Assembly (NCBI GenBank): GCA_902572155.1
Contig: CACGET010000001.1
Coordinates: forward strand, 1-42,884
Direction of reading: 5' to 3'
Length of the DNA: 42,884 bases
DNA from: an uncultured Pelagibacteraceae bacterium
Lineage (GTDB): Bacteria; Pseudomonadota; Alphaproteobacteria; Pelagibacterales; Pelagibacteraceae
Part shown: positions 1 to 9,547 of the stretch, piece by piece
Numbering within the stretch: the stretch's first letter is position 1
How the letters are laid out: the number at the start of each line of letters is the position of its first letter
Notes under the pieces: model-generated
What the model was told of the DNA's origin: nothing
Databases searched by the model: none
The model's input: the letters and a program-made list of their open reading frames with translations, nothing else
Translations under genes and position numbers: made by a program

Positions 1-429
1 CATAAAAATCTTTTTAGGTTTTATTAATTTTGTTAATCTATTCATAACATCTAAAACTCCCTCAAAGTGACCCTTTCTAAATTTAGCACATAAGATTTTA
101 TCTTTTTTGTTTATAAGTATTTTAGATTTTTTTTTGTCTTTATAAATATCATAAAAGTGAGGCAGATAAATAAAGTCAATTTTATTTGATTTTCTTAAAA
201 TATATAAGTCATTAATTAAATTTGAAGGATATTTTTTAAGATCTTCTTTATTATTAAATTGTTTAGGATTTACAAAAATACTAACAAGTGTTTTTTTGCA
301 CATCTGATTCGACTTGTTAATAAGTGACAAATGACCCTTATGTATTCCTCCCATAGTCGGAATAAAGCCAATGTCTTTAAATCTTGTTAAAGCATTTGAT
401 AATGATTTATTATTTAATAAAATTTTCAT
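1..429 (-). CDS. panC: Pantoate--beta-alanine ligase, 5' part (runs off the window edge)
   Basis: Manual translation from ATG at 429 (not in ORF track): MKILLNNKSLSNALTRFKDIGFIPTMGGIHKGHLSL...VSIFVNPKQF...LCAKFRKGHFEGV. PTMG-HxGH, SIFVNPxQF and RxGHFxGV are PanC motifs. Open to position 1. Confidence 0.93.
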   Translation of the reverse strand, partial: MKILLNNKSLSNALTRFKDIGFIPTMGGIHKGHLSLINKSNQMCKKTLVSIFVNPKQFNNKEDLKKYPSNLINDLYILRKSNKIDFIYLPHFYDIYKDKKKSKILINKKDKILCAKFRKGHFEGVLDVMNRLTKLIKPKKIFM

Positions 430-463
430 TTGTATAAAAATATTAAATAAGTAAAACATTTAA

Positions 464-1279
464 ATGATTAAACAAGCAATTATTCCACTAGCAGGTCTAG
501 GAACAAGATTGTTACCTCTTACCAGCGTTTTTGCTAAAGAGCTTTTGCCCATTAATGGCAAACCTGGAATTGAATATATTTTAGAGGAATGTATAGATGC
601 AGGAATTAAAGAAGTTATATTTATAATTTCAACTAAAAAAAAAATGATAAAAAATTATTTTTATAATGATAAATTTTATAAAAAGATAATTAAAAAAAAA
701 AAAGATCCAAGAATCATTAATGAGTATAAAAAAATTTTAAAGTTTAAGAAAATGATAAAATTTGTTTATCAAGATAAACCAAAGGGAACAGGAGATGCTG
801 TATTAAAAACAAAAAAATTTATACGGGACAAATATTTTCTAATGTTGTTACCTGATGATTTAATTGTAAAAAAAAACTGTTCTAAAGATATGATTAAAGT
901 ACATAATAAATATAAATGTTCAGTTATGGCAAGTATGAGTGTAAACAAGAAATCTGTTTCTAGATGGGGAATATATAATTTAAGTAAAAAATTTTCTAAA
1001 AATAATTTCTTAATAAAAAATGTAGTAGAAAAACCTTCAATTGATAATGCACCTTCAAATCAGGCAGTTATAGGTAGATATATATTGCCAAAAACTATAT
1101 TCAAAAAAATATTAAATCAAAATCCTGGGAAGGGTGGTGAAATACATATAACTGATGCCATACAATCCTTAATTGATGAAAACGAAAATTTTATTGCACA
1201 CAAATTTTCTGGAAAATATTTAGATTGTGGAACAATGGATGGTTATATTAATTCTGGTAAAGTGATTAATAAGTTATGA
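464..1279 (+). CDS. galU: UTP--glucose-1-phosphate uridylyltransferase
   Basis: AGLGTRLLP.T....KELLP, GTGDAV, VEKP, IGRYIL, GGEIHITDA, DCGT motifs; directly upstream of ugd. Confidence 0.92.
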   Translation: MIKQAIIPLAGLGTRLLPLTSVFAKELLPINGKPGIEYILEECIDAGIKEVIFIISTKKKMIKNYFYNDKFYKKIIKKKKDPRIINEYKKILKFKKMIKFVYQDKPKGTGDAVLKTKKFIRDKYFLMLLPDDLIVKKNCSKDMIKVHNKYKCSVMASMSVNKKSVSRWGIYNLSKKFSKNNFLIKNVVEKPSIDNAPSNQAVIGRYILPKTIFKKILNQNPGKGGEIHITDAIQSLIDENENFIAHKFSGKYLDCGTMDGYINSGKVINKL

Positions 1280-2583
1280 AATTATGTATGATAGGTGCTG
1301 GATATGTTGGTTTAGTTAGTGGAGTTTGTTTTTCTGATCTTGGAAACACTGTTTATTGTGTGGATAAAAATAAAGAAAAAATAGATTTATTAAATGCTGG
1401 TCATTTACCAATATATGAACCTGGGCTCGAAGAAATTTTAAAAAAAAATTTTAAACAAAAAAGATTAATTTTTACTTCTGATTTAAAGTTCGCTGTTCAA
1501 AAAGCAGATATAATCTTTATATGTGTTGGTACACCTACGAAAAAAAATAGTAATTCAGCAGATTTGAAATATATTTTCCAAGTGGTAAATCAATTAAAAA
1601 AGTATATTAATAAATATAAGATCATAGTTACAAAATCTACAGTTCCTGTTTCAACTGGTGATAAGATTGAAAATATTCTTCTAAAACAAAAAAAGAGAAA
1701 AATTGTAGATATTGTCTCTAATCCAGAATTTTTGAGAGAAGGTGAGGCTATTAGAGACTTTATTTATCCAGATAGAGTAGTGATAGGAACTGATAGTATT
1801 AAAGCAAATAAAATACTTAAATCTTTGTATCTTCCTATTGTTAAAAAAAATAACAGATATTTCAATACATCAAGAAGAGCAGCAGAATTAATCAAATATG
1901 CCTCAAACGCGTTCTTAGCTACTAAAATTTCATATATAAATGAAATGGCTAATCTTTGTGAAAAAGTTGGTGTTGATATAAAAGACATATCTTTAGGTAT
2001 GGGTACTGATCAACGCATAGGTGAGAGATTTTTGAGGGCTGGCCCCGCTTATGGTGGTTCGTGTTTTCCAAAAGATACTAGAGCATTAATAGATACAGCA
2101 AATCTTTTTAAGACAAATCTATCAATAGTTAAAACAGTTATTAAATCTAATGAACATAGAAAATTATTGTTAACCAATAAAGTTAAAAAAATTTTAAAAA
2201 ACAAGTTAAAAAATAAAGTAATTACCTTCTTAGGTGTTACTTTTAAGCCTAATACAGATGATATGAGAGAAGCATCAAGTTTATTCATGATACCTAAACT
2301 AAATAAACTAAATGCAAGAATTAAATATATTGACCCATCTGGAAAAAAAAAAGAATTTAATAATTTAAAAAATGTTAAATTTTGTAAAGATATTTCATCC
2401 GCGTGTTATAAAAGTGATCTTATTATTATTCATACAGAATGGAATGAATTCAAGTTATTAAATTTTAAAAATCTTGTTAAAAAGAAAGATTTTGTTATTT
2501 TTGATATGAGAAATATATATTCACCTTTAAAGATGAAAAATTTAAAAATTAAGTATTTTGCTGTAGGTAGACAATCTAATTAA
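1276..2583 (+). CDS. ugd: UDP-glucose 6-dehydrogenase
   Basis: GAGYVG Rossmann motif, CVGTP, KSTVP, NPEFLREG, GGSCFPKD (catalytic Cys), FKPNTDDMRE. Confidence 0.95.
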   Translation: MKLCMIGAGYVGLVSGVCFSDLGNTVYCVDKNKEKIDLLNAGHLPIYEPGLEEILKKNFKQKRLIFTSDLKFAVQKADIIFICVGTPTKKNSNSADLKYIFQVVNQLKKYINKYKIIVTKSTVPVSTGDKIENILLKQKKRKIVDIVSNPEFLREGEAIRDFIYPDRVVIGTDSIKANKILKSLYLPIVKKNNRYFNTSRRAAELIKYASNAFLATKISYINEMANLCEKVGVDIKDISLGMGTDQRIGERFLRAGPAYGGSCFPKDTRALIDTANLFKTNLSIVKTVIKSNEHRKLLLTNKVKKILKNKLKNKVITFLGVTFKPNTDDMREASSLFMIPKLNKLNARIKYIDPSGKKKEFNNLKNVKFCKDISSACYKSDLIIIHTEWNEFKLLNFKNLVKKKDFVIFDMRNIYSPLKMKNLKIKYFAVGRQSN

Positions 2584-3041
2584 TTTAATTCAAAAATAGC
2601 ATCAACTTCTACTGAAACTCCCAAGGGTAAGCTATTGGTACTCACTGCGGCTCTCGTGTGCATTCCTTTATCACCAAAGATTGATTTAATTAAATCCGAA
2701 GCACCATTAATTACTTTTGGTTGTTCAATAAAATCGTCTGTAGAATTAACAAAGCCTGTTAATTTAATGCAAGATTTTATTTTTGAAAGATCATCATTAC
2801 AAGCTTTCTTTGCTTGAGCTACAATACTTAATCCACATCTTTCTGCTGCTTTATAAGCTTCTTCAGTACTTAAGTCTCTACCAACTTTACCCTTGATTAG
2901 CTCACCTTGTGAATTTATTGATATTTGTCCTGAAATATAAAGTAAATTTCCAGATATTTTTGTAGCAACATATGATCCAACAGGTGCTTTTGCTTCAGGT
3001 AATTCAATATTTAATTCTTTTATTTTATTTTCAAAGCTCAT
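2580..3041 (-). CDS. RidA/YjgF/YER057c-family protein
   Basis: APVGSYV, LYISGQI, LTGFVNS, VINGASDL, HTRAAV..LPLG..VEVD pattern of the ~150 aa Rid subfamily. Confidence 0.88.
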   Translation of the reverse strand: MSFENKIKELNIELPEAKAPVGSYVATKISGNLLYISGQISINSQGELIKGKVGRDLSTEEAYKAAERCGLSIVAQAKKACNDDLSKIKSCIKLTGFVNSTDDFIEQPKVINGASDLIKSIFGDKGMHTRAAVSTNSLPLGVSVEVDAIFELN

Positions 3042-3277
3042 TCTTCTTCTTTATTTTTTTTAAAAAATTCACTTAATGTCTTACTTGATTTAAAATTATC
3101 TAATTTTTTTGTTAGACCTGATTTATCACTCTTATGTTTTAAATTATCTTTAGTACATTTTAAATACATTTTGGAAAGTTTATCAAATTCTGAACAATCT
3201 TTAATTTCAGCACTAGCTATTGATATCAGAATAAATGAAATTATTGAAATTATTGAAATTGTTCTAATTTTTTTCAT
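3038..3277 (-). CDS. Small hypothetical exported protein
   Basis: Basic N-terminus, hydrophobic stretch and ASA|E signal-peptidase-like site; two Cys. Sits exactly between topA (1 bp gap) and the Rid gene (4 bp overlap). Confidence 0.7.
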   Translation of the reverse strand: MKKIRTISIISIISFILISIASAEIKDCSEFDKLSKMYLKCTKDNLKHKSDKSGLTKKLDNFKSSKTLSEFFKKNKEEE

Positions 3278-3278
3278 A

Positions 3279-5864
3279 CTAGTTTTTTTTTATTTTTTTT
3301 TTCTTTTTATTCATATCGTATTCTTTTCTTTTCTCAATTAATATTAAGGCCTCTTCTATTGTTAATTCTGTAGGATCCTTTTCTTCGGGTATTGTTGCAT
3401 TTAGGGATTTATATTTAATATATGGACCATATTGGCCTTTCATTACTCTTACTGGTTTTTTATCTTCAGGATGTTCGCCTAAGTCTTTTATAATTGAAGA
3501 AGACATTCTCCCAGGCTTTGCTTCAGCTATGAGCGTTATAGCTCTATTTAACCCTATTGAAAAAATTTCATCAACGTTTTCTATCCTTGCCGACTTATTC
3601 TCACATTTTAAGTAAGGACCAAATCTACCTGTATTTAAAGTGATTTCTTTTTGATTCTCTGGATTAATACCCAGTGATTTAGGGAGTGAGCATAAAAATT
3701 TAGCTTTTTCTAAATCTACACTTTCTAATTCAATTCCTTTTGGAATTGATACATTTTTTAATAATTCATTTGCTTCAGGTTTCTTTTTTTTTGTTTTTTT
3801 TCTTTTTTTAGGTTTTTCTTCTTCAATATTTTCTTCAAGAATCTTCTCATATTGGAGATAAGGACCAAATCTTCCATTTTTGAGAAAAATATCATTTCCA
3901 TTTTCATGTTTTCCTAGAAATTTGGGCTCTGCAAGTTGTGACTGAGCTGCTGCTTTAGCTTTTGATAATGGTCTTGTAAATTTACATTCTGGATAATTCG
4001 AACACCCTATAAAAGCACCTCCTCTAAAACTATTTTTTAAACTTAATGAACCAGTATCACACAACTGACATTTTCTAACTATCTTTCCTTCTTTGTCAGT
4101 GTCAAATATCAATGCTCCTAAACTTTCATTTAAAAGATCTAAAACTTCTCTAGTTCTTTTTTCTTTTACCTCTGAAACATTACTATTAAAATCTTTCCAA
4201 AACATTTCTAAGACTTTTAACCAACTTTCTTTTCCAGAAGTTATTTCATCTAGCTGATCCTCTAGTCCAGCTGTAAAGTTATAATCCACATACTTTGAAA
4301 ATAATTTTTCTAAAAACGCAGAAATTAATTTACCTCTATCAGTTGGGAAAAATCTTTTATTAACTATTTCTGCATAACCTCTATTTGCTATTGTTGAAAT
4401 TATACTTGCATAAGTTGAAGGCCTTCCAATTCCTAACTCTTCTAGTTTTTTAACCAAACTAGCCTCAGAGTAACGTGGGGGAGGCTGGGTAAAATGTTGT
4501 TCATCAATAAGAGCTTCTATATTAATTGGTCCTTTAGACATCTCAGGTAAAATTTGCTCATCATCATCTTTGCTTTGATTTGAATAAACTTTTAAAAATC
4601 CATCAAATTTCAAAACTGATCCGCTTGATTTACATACAGTTTTACCGTCTTCAGACTCAATCGTTATAGTATTTCTATCAAATTTTGCTGTTTCCATTTG
4701 AGACGACAGAGCTCTAGACCAAATTAAAGAATATAATTTTTGCTGGTCAGAACTTAAATACTTTTTAACAGAATCTGGATTTTTATTAATATCAGTTGGT
4801 CTTATTGCTTCATGCGCTTCCTGAGCATTTTTTGCTTTTTTTCCTGAGTAATTATTTGGATTTTCTGGCAAGTATTCATTTCCATATTCTTTTTTAATAA
4901 AATTTCTAAAATCAGAGACAGCATCAGCTGATAAATTAGTTCCATCCGTTCTCATATAAGTAATTAATCCAACTGTATCTCCCTCAATTTCTATTCCTTG
5001 ATAAAGTTTTTGTGCTATTTGCATTGTTCTTGATGCACCAAAACCCAGTCTACTAGAAGCAACTTGCTGAAGTGTTGAAGTAGTAAAGGGTCCAGAAGGA
5101 TTTCTGCTAACAACTTTTGAGGAAATATCAGTTATGTTAAATTTTTTGGTCTTAATATCTGAAATTGCCTTTTCAATTTCCTCTTTATTTTTAAATGAGA
5201 ATTTTTCAATTTTTTCTCCATCAAGTTGAGAAATACTTGATGTAATTTTGCTTTTGTTTTTATCCTGAAAATTAATACTTAAAGTCCAAAACTCTTCAGG
5301 TTTGAATAATTCAATTTCATGTTCTCTTTCAGTAATCAATTTTAGTGCAACAGATTGAACTCTGCCTGCTGATTTTGAACCAGGTAATTTAGTCCAAAGT
5401 ATTGGTGATATATTAAATCCCACCAAATAATCTAATGCTCTTCTAGCCATATATGCATCAACTAATAATGGTTCTATCTGTCTTGGATTTTCAATACCAT
5501 GTGTGACGGCTTTTTTTGTTATTTCATTAAATACTACACGTTCAATTTCTTTATCCTTTAAAAGTTTTTTTTCATCTAAATATTCTTTTACATGCCATGC
5601 TATTGCCTCACCCTCACGATCTGGGTCGGTAGCAAGAATTATTTTCGAGGACTCTTTTGCAGCATCAGTAATTTCTTTTAAATATTTTTTTGAAAAGCTA
5701 TCAACTTCCCATTCCATTTTAAAATTTTGATCAGGATCAACTGATCCATTTTTTGAAGGAAGATCTCTAATATGACCATAGCTAGCTAAAACGGTATAGT
5801 TATCACCTAAATATTTATTAATTGTTTTCGCTTTAGCAGGGCTTTCAACTATGACTAGATTCAT
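3279..5864 (-). CDS. topA: DNA topoisomerase I
   Basis: LVIVESPAKAKTI, ATDPDREGEAI (TOPRIM), SAGRVQS, LITYMRTD (catalytic Tyr), AQEAHEAIRP, GIGRPSTY; one Zn ribbon (CQLC...CSNYPEC) and C-terminal G[RQ][FY]GPY repeats. Confidence 0.98.
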   Translation of the reverse strand: MNLVIVESPAKAKTINKYLGDNYTVLASYGHIRDLPSKNGSVDPDQNFKMEWEVDSFSKKYLKEITDAAKESSKIILATDPDREGEAIAWHVKEYLDEKKLLKDKEIERVVFNEITKKAVTHGIENPRQIEPLLVDAYMARRALDYLVGFNISPILWTKLPGSKSAGRVQSVALKLITEREHEIELFKPEEFWTLSINFQDKNKSKITSSISQLDGEKIEKFSFKNKEEIEKAISDIKTKKFNITDISSKVVSRNPSGPFTTSTLQQVASSRLGFGASRTMQIAQKLYQGIEIEGDTVGLITYMRTDGTNLSADAVSDFRNFIKKEYGNEYLPENPNNYSGKKAKNAQEAHEAIRPTDINKNPDSVKKYLSSDQQKLYSLIWSRALSSQMETAKFDRNTITIESEDGKTVCKSSGSVLKFDGFLKVYSNQSKDDDEQILPEMSKGPINIEALIDEQHFTQPPPRYSEASLVKKLEELGIGRPSTYASIISTIANRGYAEIVNKRFFPTDRGKLISAFLEKLFSKYVDYNFTAGLEDQLDEITSGKESWLKVLEMFWKDFNSNVSEVKEKRTREVLDLLNESLGALIFDTDKEGKIVRKCQLCDTGSLSLKNSFRGGAFIGCSNYPECKFTRPLSKAKAAAQSQLAEPKFLGKHENGNDIFLKNGRFGPYLQYEKILEENIEEEKPKKRKKTKKKKPEANELLKNVSIPKGIELESVDLEKAKFLCSLPKSLGINPENQKEITLNTGRFGPYLKCENKSARIENVDEIFSIGLNRAITLIAEAKPGRMSSSIIKDLGEHPEDKKPVRVMKGQYGPYIKYKSLNATIPEEKDPTELTIEEALILIEKRKEYDMNKKKKKIKKN

Positions 5865-5872
5865 AAAATAAC

Positions 5873-5900
5873 AAACTACTCAAAAGAGTTTGATAGTCAA
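5873..5900 (-). promoter_or_regulatory. Putative sigma70 promoter of topA
   Basis: Minus strand reads TTGACT-16 nt-TAGTTT-8 nt-ATG(topA) in the 37-bp plsY-topA spacer. Confidence 0.5.
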
Positions 5901-5901
5901 A

Positions 5902-6480
5902 TTAATAAATTTTTGTCTTAGTTTCTTCTTTATTTTTCAAGCGTTTAATATTTTCTCTATGAGTGAAAAATATTAAAATAAACATTATTACGTAAAAAAA
6001 TACATTTTCTGTACTCTCAAAAATTAAAATATAAACAGGTATTGAAAGTGATCCTATCAAGGAAGATAAAGATGAATATTTAGAAATAAAAAAAATTATT
6101 AACCAACAAATACCAAAAACTAAACCAAAAATAATATTTAAAGAAAAAAGTATCCCAACATATGTCGCTACACCTTTTCCACCTTTAAATTTTAGCCATA
6201 ATGGGAATGCATGACCAATAAAAGCACATAAAGCTGATATATAGACCATCTCAGGGAAATTAAATTTTACATACAAAACTGGAATTACTGCTTTTAACAC
6301 ATCAAGTAATAATGTTGAATAGCCAATCAGTTTATTGCCAGTTCTTAAAGCATTAGTTGCACCAATATTGCCAGAACCAATTTCTCTAATGTCTTTTTTT
6401 AAAAATATTTTAGTTAAAATTAATCCAAAAGGAATTGATCCCATTAAGTATGAGATTAAACCTATTATAAAAAGTTCCAT
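5902..6480 (-). CDS. plsY: Glycerol-3-phosphate acyltransferase PlsY
   Basis: GSIPFG, DIREIGSGNIGATNALR, GHAFP..FKGGKGVAT, HRENIKRL motifs. Confidence 0.96.
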   Translation of the reverse strand: MELFIIGLISYLMGSIPFGLILTKIFLKKDIREIGSGNIGATNALRTGNKLIGYSTLLLDVLKAVIPVLYVKFNFPEMVYISALCAFIGHAFPLWLKFKGGKGVATYVGILFSLNIIFGLVFGICWLIIFFISKYSSLSSLIGSLSIPVYILIFESTENVFFYVIMFILIFFTHRENIKRLKNKEETKTKIY

Positions 6481-6482
6481 TC

Positions 6483-7769
6483 TTATATTTTAAATAATTC
6501 TTTACCTTTTACAAATGTATTGATCACTTTTCCTTGAAGTTTCTTATCTTCAATTGAAGTATTTTTAGATTTAGAAATTAAATTTTCTTTTTTTACAATC
6601 CATGGTTTATTGATATCGACTATACAAAAATCTGCATCATTACCAATAGTCAAGTTTCCTTTATTTATATTTAATATTTTTGCTGGATTAGAAGTTAATG
6701 CTTGAATTATGGTTTCAAGTTTTAGAGATCCATTATGAAATAATTCTAAACTCAAAGATAACAATGTCTCAATACCAGATGCACCTGTAGCTGCTTGAGC
6801 AAAAGTTAATCTTTTAGATTCTTCATCTTCAGGTTTATGATCAGAAACAATTACATCAATAGTTTTATCTCTTAAACCTTGAACTAAAGCTTCTCGATCT
6901 TCTTCTCTTCTCAGTGGAGGTGATAATTTTAAAAATGTTCTAAAATCTCCAATATCATTTTCATTTAATGAGAGATTATTTATTGATACACCGCAAGTAA
7001 ATTTAACATTTTGTTTACGTTCCTTAATTATATCTACAGATTTTCCTGCTGAAAGTTGAGATATATGATATCGACATTTAGTTTTTTCTAAGAGAGTAAG
7101 GTCTCTTTCAATTATAATTCTTTCAGCAATATCTGGTATGCTTGATAAGCCTAGTTTTGTTGCAATAATACCAGAATTAATCATTCCATTTTTAGCTAAA
7201 TCGTAATCTTCAGCATGTTGCATTATAAGACATCCCAAATCTTTGGCTGAATTCATAATTCTAGACATAAGTCTAGTATTTTGAATTGTTTTTACTCCGT
7301 CAGTAAATGCTATAATTCCTTTTTTGGCTAGCAAGCCAAATTCAGTCATATTGGTGCCATCAGTGTTTTGAGTTAATGAAGCGCAAGGAAAGATATTTAT
7401 TTTAGATTTATCACGTCCTCTTCTTTTTAAAAAATCTACAATTGATACATTATCTATAATTGGGTCTGTATTAGGCATGGTTACGACGGAAGTTACTCCA
7501 CCAGACAATGCTGCATTACTCAAAGTTCTAAAATTTTCTTTATATTCATACCCTGGTTCACCTACAAAAACTCTCATATCTACTATACCAGGAAATATAT
7601 ATTTACCCTTTAAGTCAGTAGGTTTTTCTCTAGTTGGTAAATTGTTTGTATTTACCTTTTTTCCTACTGCTTCTATCTTTCCGTCTTCTCCAATTATTAA
7701 TCCACCATTTTCGTTTATAGAATTATGAGGATCTATAATGTTTGCATTTATAAAGTATTGTTTTTTCAT
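6483..7769 (-). CDS. pyrC: Dihydroorotase-like protein, probably the catalytically inactive PyrC' type
   Basis: Amidohydrolase motifs (GGVTSVVTMPNT, KLSPPLR, SDHKP, ADFCIVD), directly downstream of pyrB. The metal-binding DxHxH is replaced by DMRVF. Confidence 0.88.
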   Translation of the reverse strand: MKKQYFINANIIDPHNSINENGGLIIGEDGKIEAVGKKVNTNNLPTREKPTDLKGKYIFPGIVDMRVFVGEPGYEYKENFRTLSNAALSGGVTSVVTMPNTDPIIDNVSIVDFLKRRGRDKSKINIFPCASLTQNTDGTNMTEFGLLAKKGIIAFTDGVKTIQNTRLMSRIMNSAKDLGCLIMQHAEDYDLAKNGMINSGIIATKLGLSSIPDIAERIIIERDLTLLEKTKCRYHISQLSAGKSVDIIKERKQNVKFTCGVSINNLSLNENDIGDFRTFLKLSPPLRREEDREALVQGLRDKTIDVIVSDHKPEDEESKRLTFAQAATGASGIETLLSLSLELFHNGSLKLETIIQALTSNPAKILNINKGNLTIGNDADFCIVDINKPWIVKKENLISKSKNTSIEDKKLQGKVINTFVKGKELFKI

Positions 7770-8711
7770 TTATTCACAAAATATTTTTAAACATGCCATT
7801 CTTACAGCAACACCTAATTCAACTTGTTCTTTAATTACACTCTTGTTTATGTCGTCAGCTAATCTCGTATCAATTTCAATACCTCTATTCATCGGACCAG
7901 GATGCATAATTAGAGCATCTGATTTTGCATGATCGAGTTTATCAGGAGTTAACCCATAATATTCATAGTACTCTCTATTTGATGAAAGATATGAACTAGT
8001 CATCCTTTCATTTTGCAATCTAAGCATCATCACAATATCACAATCTTTAAGTCCTTTTTTCATATCAGTAAAAGTGTTTACTCCAAATTTTTCAATTTCT
8101 TTTGGCATAAGATTTGATGGAGCAACGATATTAACCTCAGCTCCTAACATCGTAAGAAGATAAATATTTGATCTAGCTACTCTCGAATGAAGTATATCTC
8201 CGCATATTGCTATTTTTAATCCTTGAATTTTTTTTTTTCGATTTCTAATTGTTAATGCATCTAATAAAGCTTGAGTAGGATGCTCACGTCTACCATCCCC
8301 AGCATTTAACACTACACAATTAACTTTTTGAGATAAAAGATTACAAGCACCAGAGTCTTGATGTCTGATCACAATTATATCAGGATGCATTGCATTTAGA
8401 GTCATTGCAGTATCAATCAACGTTTCACCTTTTTTAATGGCTGAGTTAACCATATTCATTGACATAACATCCGCCCCAAGTCTTTTTCCAGCAAGTTCAA
8501 ATGAGCTTTGAGTTCTAGTTGATGGCTCAAAGAATAAGTTTATTTGTGTTTTGCCTCTTAACACATCAATTTTTTTATTTTTACTCTGATTTAATTTTAT
8601 AAAATCTTCTGACTCATCCAATATATAATTAATATCATTCACTGATAAATCTTGGATACCTAACAGATGTTTTTGTGAGATTTTAACAGCTTTATTGGTT
8701 TTAATTGCCAT
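7770..8711 (-). CDS. pyrB: Aspartate carbamoyltransferase catalytic subunit
   Basis: [35 protein letters not shown]. Start placed at ATG 8711 (MAIKT) rather than the track start at 8750. Confidence 0.97.
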   Translation of the reverse strand: MAIKTNKAVKISQKHLLGIQDLSVNDINYILDESEDFIKLNQSKNKKIDVLRGKTQINLFFEPSTRTQSSFELAGKRLGADVMSMNMVNSAIKKGETLIDTAMTLNAMHPDIIVIRHQDSGACNLLSQKVNCVVLNAGDGRREHPTQALLDALTIRNRKKKIQGLKIAICGDILHSRVARSNIYLLTMLGAEVNIVAPSNLMPKEIEKFGVNTFTDMKKGLKDCDIVMMLRLQNERMTSSYLSSNREYYEYYGLTPDKLDHAKSDALIMHPGPMNRGIEIDTRLADDINKSVIKEQVELGVAVRMACLKIFCE

Positions 8712-8753
8712 TAAAATTAACTCTATAGCTATAAAGCCTCTAAATGGCAAGGA

Positions 8754-9209
8754 TTAATTATTTAAATAATCTATGGCTCCTTGAAGAATAAATGCAGCTG
8801 CGTTTTGATCTATGTTTTTTTCACGTTTAGAAACATTAATATCAAGCTGACTGGATAGATTAAATGCACCAACTGTTGAAAGTCTTTCATCCCATAGGCA
8901 AACATCTACATCAACATTTTGGTCTATATTTTTAGACACATCATTTACTGATTGAGCAGAAGGACCTAATGAACCATCCATGTTAATTGGATATCCAATG
9001 ACAATTCCTTTAATATTGTTTTCCTCTATTATTTTTTTTAATTCGCTGATTAGATCATCATTATTGGTTTTATTGATCGTTTTAAAGGGTGTGGCTATTG
9101 ACTGTTTTTCGTCACAAATTGATACACCGATTCTTTTTGAACCAAGATCTAAACCAATCAATCTAGTGGTTTCAGACTGTTTTTTTTTGAATTCTTCAAT
9201 AGTGATCAT
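8754..9209 (-). CDS. yqgF: YqgF/RuvX family nuclease (pre-16S rRNA processing)
   Basis: IGLDLGSKRIGVS, VIGYP.NMDG, WDERLST, IDQNAAAFILQG. Confidence 0.93.
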   Translation of the reverse strand: MITIEEFKKKQSETTRLIGLDLGSKRIGVSICDEKQSIATPFKTINKTNNDDLISELKKIIEENNIKGIVIGYPINMDGSLGPSAQSVNDVSKNIDQNVDVDVCLWDERLSTVGAFNLSSQLDINVSKREKNIDQNAAAFILQGAIDYLNN

Positions 9210-9259
9210 ATTGTATATTTTAAACTTAAGTGATAGTTTGCGACATATTTAAATACCAT

Positions 9260-9547
9260 ATGAGCATCGATCTTAAAACAATAAAGCACATATCAAAATT
9301 ATCAAGAATTTCTGTAGATGAGAAAAAAGCAGAGAAACTAGCAGGAGATTTAAATTCTATATTTGATTTTATTGAAAAACTTAATGAATTAAAAACTGAT
9401 AATATCGAACCATTAACTTCTGTTGCAGAAACAACTCTAAAATTAAGATCCGATGAAGTAAAAAGTAAAAATTTAAGAGAGCAAGTAATAAAAAATTCTC
9501 CCAATGAAAATGAAGATTATTTTGTAGTACCTAAGGTAATAGAATAA
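9260..9547 (+). CDS. gatC: Asp/Glu-tRNA amidotransferase subunit C
   Basis: [29 protein letters not shown]. Start at ATG 9260; stop overlaps the gatA ATG (TAATG). Confidence 0.95.
   Translation: MSIDLKTIKHISKLSRISVDEKKAEKLAGDLNSIFDFIEKLNELKTDNIEPLTSVAETTLKLRSDEVKSKNLREQVIKNSPNENEDYFVVPKVIE

Noticed and set aside
692-703. A12 run in galU (and T11 in pyrB near 8228) as phase-variation tracts
   Set aside because: In-frame poly-Lys codons; such runs are frequent in this AT-rich window and both genes are intact.
3279-3850. Lys-rich low-complexity segments in the TopA C-terminus
   Set aside because: Basic tails are common in alphaproteobacterial TopA; not a DNA-level repeat.
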